The translations under genes and the position numbers were made by a program. From positions 496,001-538,615 of the forward strand of contig OZ245843.1 of NCBI GenBank assembly GCA_965228875.1: 42,615 nt of DNA, in the 5' to 3' direction. A model generated the notes under the pieces. That model was given only the letters and a program-made list of their open reading frames with translations. It searched no databases and was not told where the DNA came from. Origin of the DNA: Thalassobaculaceae bacterium. Its GTDB lineage: Bacteria > Pseudomonadota > Alphaproteobacteria > Thalassobaculales > Thalassobaculaceae. This document shows, piece after piece, positions 36,645-42,615 of this stretch (positions are counted from its first letter, which is position 1; each line of letters begins with the position of its first letter).

Positions 36645-36700
36645 CGGGCGCGATGCACGGGCACGATGCAGGGGGGCGATGCACGGGCGCGATGCACGGG
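36645..36700. repeat. 4 x 13-bp tandem repeat
   Basis: CGGGCGCGATGCA CGGGCACGATGCA GGGGGGCGATGCA CGGGCGCGATGCA CGGG. Confidence 0.85.
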
Positions 36701-36861
36701 GGCCGAAGTCTTGCCCGTACCGTGCCCCTGTCGTGCCGGTCGGCCCGTCGGTGGAGCGGCCGCCTGCGCACGGCGCTTGACGCCGTGGCCCGGCCGCCCG
36801 TAGAAGGGGCCGGCATACGCCGTGCGGGGTCGGGAGACCGCCCCGAATGAGCCCTCCCGGC

Positions 36862-36953
36862 GGAGGGGTGGCCGAGTGGCTGAAGGCGGCGGTTTGCTAA
36901 ACCGTTTTAGGGGGAAACCCCTAACGTGGGTTCGAATCCCATCCCCTCCGCCA
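36862..36953 (+). tRNA. tRNA-Ser(GCT)
   Basis: Acceptor stem GGAGGGG/CCCCTCC, D-arm GCCGAGTGG, anticodon loop TT-GCT-AA, long variable arm, GTTCGAATC T-loop, G discriminator and encoded CCA. Confidence 0.97.
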
Positions 36954-37236
36954 TCTCAAATCTTCGGCCAGCACCCACGGCTACCCTTCCCACGACCGGT
37001 TCGGCGTCGTCGGGTGCCAGGCGGGATCGCGGGCTGGCGGCGTTTTCCATCCCCCTTCCGGGCCCGTCGCAGCCGGCTGTCTTTGGCTGCCGCCGGTCGT
37101 ACCCCGGCCCGCCCGTCCTCTCGGCCACAAGGTGCTTGCCCGACGGACGGGTTTCGCGCCATGAAGGTGGCGACCGTGCCCGGCCTCGCGCGCCGGGCGT
37201 TCCGCGCCGTCCCGTCCACCGCCCGCCGGAGTGGCC

Positions 37237-37755
37237 ATGCCGTCCGACACGATCTGGATCACCGGCCTGTCCGGCGCCGGCAAGACCACGCTGGCCGAAG
37301 CGCTGGTCGAGCGCATGCGTCGGCGCGGGCGGCCTGTCGTGCTGGTCGACGGCGACGTGATCCGCGATCTGTTCGGGGCGTCGCTCGGCTTCGACGTCGA
37401 TGCGCGGCGGGTCCAGATCGGCCGGCTGCAGGCGCTGGCCAGGTTCCTTGCCGACCAGGGGGTCGATGTCGTCGTCGCGGCGCTGTACAGCGCGCCGGAC
37501 CTGCTCGCCTGGAACCGGGCCAATCTCGCCGGCTATTTCGAGGTCTACATCGAGGCGTCGCTGGCGCTGGTGACCGGCCGGAATTCAAAGGGGCTGTACG
37601 ACGGCACGACCCGGAACGTGGTCGGTGTCGATATCGACTGGCTGGCACCGCGATCCCCCGACCTGGTGGTCGAGGCCGACCGCGAGGAACCGGTCGCCGA
37701 GGTCGCGGCGCGGATCGAGCGGCACCTGGCGGACCGGGCCGGTTCCGAAACCTGA
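37237..37755 (+). CDS. Adenylyl-sulfate kinase-family protein (divergent)
   Basis: TGLSGAGKTT P-loop, DGD..R and KGLY motifs; has NVVGVDI in place of canonical NFTGID. Confidence 0.85.
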   Translation: MPSDTIWITGLSGAGKTTLAEALVERMRRRGRPVVLVDGDVIRDLFGASLGFDVDARRVQIGRLQALARFLADQGVDVVVAALYSAPDLLAWNRANLAGYFEVYIEASLALVTGRNSKGLYDGTTRNVVGVDIDWLAPRSPDLVVEADREEPVAEVAARIERHLADRAGSET

Positions 37756-37764
37756 AGGGATCCC

Positions 37765-38847
37765 ATGACCGCTGTCGACCTGACCAAGGCGCAATACCTG
37801 GAACTGGAGAAGATCGGGCTCGGGGCCTTCGACCCGCTGACCGGCTTCATGGACGAGGATACGTTCTGGGCGGTGGTGAACACCCTGCGGCTGCCCGACG
37901 GCAGTCCGTTCCCGCTGCCGGTGATCCTCGACGTCGACGACGCCACCAGGGAGCGGATGCGCGAGAGCGGCGATGTCGAGTTGCGCTACGACGGCGAGAC
38001 CGTCGGCCGGATGCAGGCGCGGAGCTTCTTCCAGGTGGACCGCGCCGCCGCGGCGCGCGAGATCTACCGCACCGACAGCCCGGACCACCCCGGCGTGCGG
38101 ACCTTCCTCGGCCTGCGGCCGTGGTTCGTGGGCGGGCCGGTGACGCTGCTGAAGCGGGCGGCGTTCCCGTTCTCCGGCGACGAGGTCACGCCACAGGAGA
38201 GCCGGGAGATCTTCCGCCGGCGCGGCTGGCGCACGGTCGTCGGTTTCCAGACCCGGAACGTCCCGCATCGGGCGCACGAGTACCTGCACCGGGTGGCCCT
38301 CGAGGTCGCCGACGGGCTGTTCCTGCAGCCGCTGGTGGGTCAGAAGAAGAAGGGAGACTTCACCCCCGAGGCGATCCTGACCGGATACCGGGCGATGATC
38401 GACGGTTTCTACCCGTCGGGCCGCGTGCTGCTCGGCATTCTTTCGACATCGATGCGCTACGCCGGTCCGCGCGAGGCCGTGTTCCACGCGATCGTCCGGC
38501 GCAACTACGGCTGTACCCACTTCATCGTCGGCCGCGACCATGCGGGCGTCGGCGATTTCTACGGCCTGTACGACGCCCACGCGCTGACCCGTGAGTTCGA
38601 CGGCGAACTCGGAATCGAGATCCTGCGGCTCTCGGGGCCGTTCTACAGCAAGGCCGCCGGCGGCATCGTCACCGAGAAGACCTGCCCGGAGCATCTGATC
38701 GGCACCGACGACATCATCGAGATCAGCGGAACCCGGATCCGCGGGATCCTGGAGGCGGGCGAGCCGCTGGACCCCCGTCTGATCCGCCCGGAGGTGGTGG
38801 CCGCGCTTGACGGCGTCCCGCTGTTCGTGAAAGAGACCGGCGAATGA
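37765..38847 (+). CDS. sat: Sulfate adenylyltransferase (Sat-type ATP sulfurylase)
   Basis: PL.GFM, FQTRNVPHRAHE, MRYAGPREA..HAI.R.NYGCTHFIVGRDHAGVG, ISGT..R and RPEV motifs. Confidence 0.94.
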   Translation: MTAVDLTKAQYLELEKIGLGAFDPLTGFMDEDTFWAVVNTLRLPDGSPFPLPVILDVDDATRERMRESGDVELRYDGETVGRMQARSFFQVDRAAAAREIYRTDSPDHPGVRTFLGLRPWFVGGPVTLLKRAAFPFSGDEVTPQESREIFRRRGWRTVVGFQTRNVPHRAHEYLHRVALEVADGLFLQPLVGQKKKGDFTPEAILTGYRAMIDGFYPSGRVLLGILSTSMRYAGPREAVFHAIVRRNYGCTHFIVGRDHAGVGDFYGLYDAHALTREFDGELGIEILRLSGPFYSKAAGGIVTEKTCPEHLIGTDDIIEISGTRIRGILEAGEPLDPRLIRPEVVAALDGVPLFVKETGE

Positions 38848-40283
38848 GCCTTACCAAGATTGTCGCGACGATCGGCCCCGCCTCGATCGCACCCGATACC
38901 ATTGCCGAGCTTCTCTCCGCCGGCATGTCGGTCGCCCGCCTGAACGCGAGCCACGCCGATCTCGACTGGCACGCCCGGGCGGTGGCGCTGCTGCGCGAGA
39001 CGGCGCCGCAGGTTCCGATCCTGATGGACATCCCGGGCAAGAAGATCCGCACGGTGGCCCTGGCCCACGAGCCGAGCTTCGACGTGGACGACCGGATCGT
39101 CCTGACCACCGACCTGTCCCATGACGGCACCGAGAAAGTCCCGGTCTCCTGGCCGCACCTGCACGACCGGCTGAAGCCGGGGGACCTGGTTCTGGCCGAC
39201 GACGGCACGCTGCGTTTCCAGGTGGAACGGGTCGAGGGGCAGGACATCGTCTGCGTCGCCGAAGCCGCCGGCCAGCTCAAGAGCCGCAAGGGCATCAACG
39301 TGCCCATGGTCCGGCTCGACATGGACCTGATGACCGAACGTGACCGGAGGATGATCGGCTTCGCCCGCGAGCAGGGGGTCGATTTCATCGGCGTCAGCTT
39401 CGTCGAGTCTGCGGCCCATGTGGACCTGATGCGCGCGGAGGCCGGCGCCGACGGCCCGGCGATCGTCGCCAAGATCGAGAACGCCGCCGGTCTGGCCAAC
39501 ATGGAGGAGGTGATCTCCGCCGCCGACGCCATCATGATCGATCGCGGCGACCTGAGCGTCGAGACCCGGCTCGAGACCGTGGCGATCGAGCAGAAGCGAA
39601 TCCTGGCGGCGGCGATCGACCGCGCCAAACCGGTGATCGTCGCCACCGAGATGCTGCATTCCATGGTCGAGAACCGCTTTCCGACCAAGGCCGAGGTCGC
39701 GGACATCACCAATGCGGTGCTCGACGGGGCGTCGGCGACGATGCTCTCGGGCGAGACCGCCGCCGGCCGGTTCCCCCGCGAATCTGTCCGCACCATGCGG
39801 GCGGTGGCGGACGCGGCGGAGACCTATCTGTTCGAGGCGGAATTGGCCGCCGCGCCGCGGGCCCTGCCCGAGGCGCCGGACAGCATTCCGTTCACCATGC
39901 GCCGCGCCATCGCGTCCGTCGTGTCCGACATGTCGATCACCAAGATCGTGGCGGTCACCGTGTCCGGCTATGCCGCCCGGGTCGTCGCCTCTACCCGGCC
40001 GCGCCAACCGGTCCTGGCGATCACCAACAATCCGCAGACCGCGCGCCGGGCGAACCTCTATGCCGGAACGACGGCGCTCTTCGTGGACATCCCGTTCACC
40101 AAGGTCAGCACTGACCATGTCAGCCGCTGTCTGGAGGCCGCCTGGCGGGCCGGCGACCTGGAGGACGACGACGTGATCCTGGTCACCGCCGTCGCCTATC
40201 CGCGTTCCGGCAACCGGATGAACATCCTGCAGACCCACCGCGTCGCCGACCTCGTCGAGAGCCTGAACTGGCGGCGGGACTGA
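38844..40283 (+). CDS. pyk: Pyruvate kinase-family protein (divergent)
   Basis: TKIVATIGP, RLN.SH, KGINVP, SFV, AKIE, RGDL and MLSGETA motifs; ATGA overlap with sat. Confidence 0.88.
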   Translation: MSLTKIVATIGPASIAPDTIAELLSAGMSVARLNASHADLDWHARAVALLRETAPQVPILMDIPGKKIRTVALAHEPSFDVDDRIVLTTDLSHDGTEKVPVSWPHLHDRLKPGDLVLADDGTLRFQVERVEGQDIVCVAEAAGQLKSRKGINVPMVRLDMDLMTERDRRMIGFAREQGVDFIGVSFVESAAHVDLMRAEAGADGPAIVAKIENAAGLANMEEVISAADAIMIDRGDLSVETRLETVAIEQKRILAAAIDRAKPVIVATEMLHSMVENRFPTKAEVADITNAVLDGASATMLSGETAAGRFPRESVRTMRAVADAAETYLFEAELAAAPRALPEAPDSIPFTMRRAIASVVSDMSITKIVAVTVSGYAARVVASTRPRQPVLAITNNPQTARRANLYAGTTALFVDIPFTKVSTDHVSRCLEAAWRAGDLEDDDVILVTAVAYPRSGNRMNILQTHRVADLVESLNWRRD

Positions 40284-40305
40284 CCGCCGCCGGCCCACGG
40301 GGGAG

Positions 40306-40956
40306 TCAGGCCAGGGCGGAGGTGTAGTCCTCCACCGATCGGATCACGGTTCCCCGCTGGATCGGGACGCAGTCCGGGGGAAAGTCCTGCCTGAACCGGG
40401 CACCGGCCTCGGTGGCCCGGTCGAGAAACCGCTCCAGGTGGTCCATGGCGCCGGTCGGGAGGTCATGCAGGACGATGAGGGTCCAGGGCTGGCGCCAGCA
40501 CTGGTCGAGCGCCCGTTCCACCCACCCTTCCGGATCCGCCCAGTCGCGCGGAATGGCGTTCCACAGGACGCAGGAATAACCCTCGGCCATCAGGTGATCG
40601 ACGACAGCGGGGCGGAGCAACCGGCGGTCGAGATTGCCGCCGCCGCCGAAGGGGCGGAACAGTCGGGATGTCACGCCGCATTCCTCCAGGAGGCGGGCGG
40701 TCGACACGATCTCCGTCTCGACGACATCGGGCGTCGGATCCTCGCCGAGTGGTGTCGTGTGGGAGAAGGTGTGATTGCCGACCCAGTGGCCGTCCCGCAG
40801 CGTCGCACGGACCAGGTCGCGCCCGGCGGACGCGGAGACCTGCCTGCCGACGACAAAGAAGGTCGCCAGGATCGAGCGTTCGCGCAGAATTTCCAGGACG
40901 CGCGGGGTCACGTCCGGGTCGGGACCGTTGTCGAACGTCAGCGTAAGATCGTACAT
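40306..40956 (-). CDS. Polysaccharide deacetylase (NodB/CE4) family protein
   Basis: LTFDNGP, ATFFVVG, NHTFSH, FRPF, DW and LHD motifs. Confidence 0.88.
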   Translation of the reverse strand: MYDLTLTFDNGPDPDVTPRVLEILRERSILATFFVVGRQVSASAGRDLVRATLRDGHWVGNHTFSHTTPLGEDPTPDVVETEIVSTARLLEECGVTSRLFRPFGGGGNLDRRLLRPAVVDHLMAEGYSCVLWNAIPRDWADPEGWVERALDQCWRQPWTLIVLHDLPTGAMDHLERFLDRATEAGARFRQDFPPDCVPIQRGTVIRSVEDYTSALA

Positions 40957-41148
40957 GGTCGGGCCTCGGTCGTCGGCGCGCGTCGACATCGTGGACGGGA
41001 TGTGATCCCACCATATTGACAACATCTTCGCCCGCCGCCACTCCTAGGCCGGATAAACCGCGATACACCAACACCGGCCGGATCCGGAGCTAGCCGAACA
41101 ACCGCTGGCCGGAGACCGACCGCGCCGCGCCGACCTGGGGAAACGCCT

Positions 41149-42615
41149 GTGAAAAACTCGAAGACCGTTCTCATCGACCGTCATCCGGGCCGCTCGGCCC
41201 AGACCATCGGGCTCGCCCGCGAACTCGGCACCGATCCGGCGCTGATCCACGAGCCCTCCGTCGGGGTCGTCGGCACCAAGGGCGACAGCCAGTGCTATCT
41301 CGGCGTCGCGGAGAAGGTCGAGGCGATCCACGCCTGCCTGAAGAGCCGGATCGGCATGGCGGACGGCCAGCTCAAGCTGCGTCTGGTGCAGCCGGAGTTC
41401 ACCATCGCGACCTCCGACGGCATCCGCAACGGCACGCGCGAGATGCGCTACTCGCTGATTGGCCGCGAGGTCACCCATGACGCGCTGTGCGAACACCTGG
41501 AGGCGACGGGCCTGGCCGGGACCATCGCCGTGGTCGCCTGCGACAAGCCGCCGGTCGGAACGCTCGCCGCCCTGCTGGAGCATAACCAGCCGGCGATCAT
41601 CATGTCGGACGGCCCGATCCATCCCGGCAAGGACCCGAACACCGGTGAGGCGCTCGACATCGTCAGTGCCTATCAGGTCGCCGGCAACCCGGACCCGGAG
41701 TTCCGTCACCACATCGCCTGCAACGCCTGCCCGGGCATCGGCAGCTGCGGCGGCATGTTCACCTACAACACCATGCAGACCTTCATCGGCGTCGTCGGCC
41801 TGCAGCCGCTGCACATGGTCGCTCCGGCTTCCGACGATCCGCGTCGGGTGAGCGAGTTCCCGCAGGAACTCGTCGGACATCTCGCCAGGCTGATCGAGGC
41901 CGACCTGAAGCCGCGGGACATCGTCGTGCGCGACTCGCTGCGCAACGCGATGATCGTCTCCATGGCGATCGGCGGCTCGACCAACGTCACCCTGCATGCG
42001 CCGGAGATCGCCCGGGCCGCCGGGTTCGCCGACTTCTGGAAGGAGGTCATGACGCCGGAGGAGTTCAACCATCTTTCCCAGCACGTGGTTCCCGTGCTGA
42101 CCGACGCCCGGCCCTATGGCCGGTACTCGATGGTCGACATCGACCGGGTCGGCGGCGTCCAGGTGATCGTGCGCGAACTTCTCGAGGCCGGGCTGCTCAA
42201 CGGCGACGTCATGACCTGCACCGGCGAGACTCTCGCCGAACAGGTCGCGCGGCTGGAGACCAGGCCGGTCGATGGCACTGTCGTCTACCCGGTCGAAAAG
42301 CCGTACAAGCCGACCGGCGGTCTGCGGGTGCTCGGTGGCAACCTGTCGCCGGATTTCTCGGCGATCCTGAAGCTGGCGGGCGTCGAGGTCGGTCTGGAAG
42401 ACAACCGGTTCGTCGGACGCGCCAGGGTGTTCGAGGGTGAGGCGGGACTGTTGACCGCCCTCGATGAGGCGCCCGAGAGCTTCGAGAACAACGACATGAT
42501 CATCGTGCGGTACGAAGGACCGAGCGGCGCGCCGGGCATGCCGGAGATGCTCGATCCGACCTCGCGCATCACGACGCTGTGCCGCGAGCGGGGGATTGCC
42601 GTTGGACTGATGACC
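41149..42615 (+). CDS. ilvD: IlvD/Edd family dehydratase (3' end runs off the window)
   Basis: Not in the ORF track. Manual translation from GTG at 41149 gives SDG, MRYSL..RE, CDK, GSCGGMFTYNTM, GGSTN..LH, GNL.P and RYEGP.GAPGMPEML. Confidence 0.88.
   Translation, partial: MKNSKTVLIDRHPGRSAQTIGLARELGTDPALIHEPSVGVVGTKGDSQCYLGVAEKVEAIHACLKSRIGMADGQLKLRLVQPEFTIATSDGIRNGTREMRYSLIGREVTHDALCEHLEATGLAGTIAVVACDKPPVGTLAALLEHNQPAIIMSDGPIHPGKDPNTGEALDIVSAYQVAGNPDPEFRHHIACNACPGIGSCGGMFTYNTMQTFIGVVGLQPLHMVAPASDDPRRVSEFPQELVGHLARLIEADLKPRDIVVRDSLRNAMIVSMAIGGSTNVTLHAPEIARAAGFADFWKEVMTPEEFNHLSQHVVPVLTDARPYGRYSMVDIDRVGGVQVIVRELLEAGLLNGDVMTCTGETLAEQVARLETRPVDGTVVYPVEKPYKPTGGLRVLGGNLSPDFSAILKLAGVEVGLEDNRFVGRARVFEGEAGLLTALDEAPESFENNDMIIVRYEGPSGAPGMPEMLDPTSRITTLCRERGIAVGLMT

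Noticed and set aside
36645..36700. CRISPR-like array (also considered for 24482-24520)
   Set aside because: The 13-bp units are contiguous with no spacers, and there are no cas genes.
36822..38594. 590-aa ORF spanning the tRNA, cysC-like gene and sat
   Set aside because: Arg/Pro/Gly-rich off-frame shadow ORF typical of high-GC DNA; it overlaps well-supported features.
36862..40300. Genomic island integrated at tRNA-Ser
   Set aside because: No integrase, no duplicated tRNA 3' end seen in the window, and no obvious GC shift. An island extending beyond the window cannot be excluded.

Overview
GC-rich alphaproteobacterial chromosomal segment, probably Rhodospirillales/Rhodobacterales-like (inferred from gene content). 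It contains, in order: a paaABCDE operon (paaE truncated); a dipeptide/oligopeptide-family ABC transporter; a hybrid histidine kinase and CheY-like regulator; a cupin/metallo-beta-lactamase pair; a TRAP transporter split by a TetR/SDR cassette; a GNAT; a cupin; three tandem stand-alone PAS-like paralogs; a flavin monooxygenase; a radical SAM/SPASM protein; an ECF sigma/anti-sigma pair; a PhyH dioxygenase next to a PhnZ-like HD oxygenase; a cupin-fur-small protein unit; an HpsN/HisD-like dehydrogenase with an SDR; a secreted protein with four Tudor-like repeats; a LysR; a Cys/Met PLP enzyme; tRNA-Ser(GCT); an APS-kinase-like/sat/pyruvate-kinase-like operon; a polysaccharide deacetylase; and a truncated IlvD-family dehydratase. 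I saw no integrase, transposase or CRISPR array. The best leads are: (1) the cysC-like/sat/pyk-like operon, where both kinases have non-canonical motifs; (2) four dispersed 81-117 bp CTAG-type-ended hairpin elements that supply gene stop codons; (3) the secreted Tudor-repeat protein; (4) the PAS triplet; (5) the PhyH/PhnZ-like pair. All family calls come from motif recognition by eye, not database searches, and start codons are best estimates.
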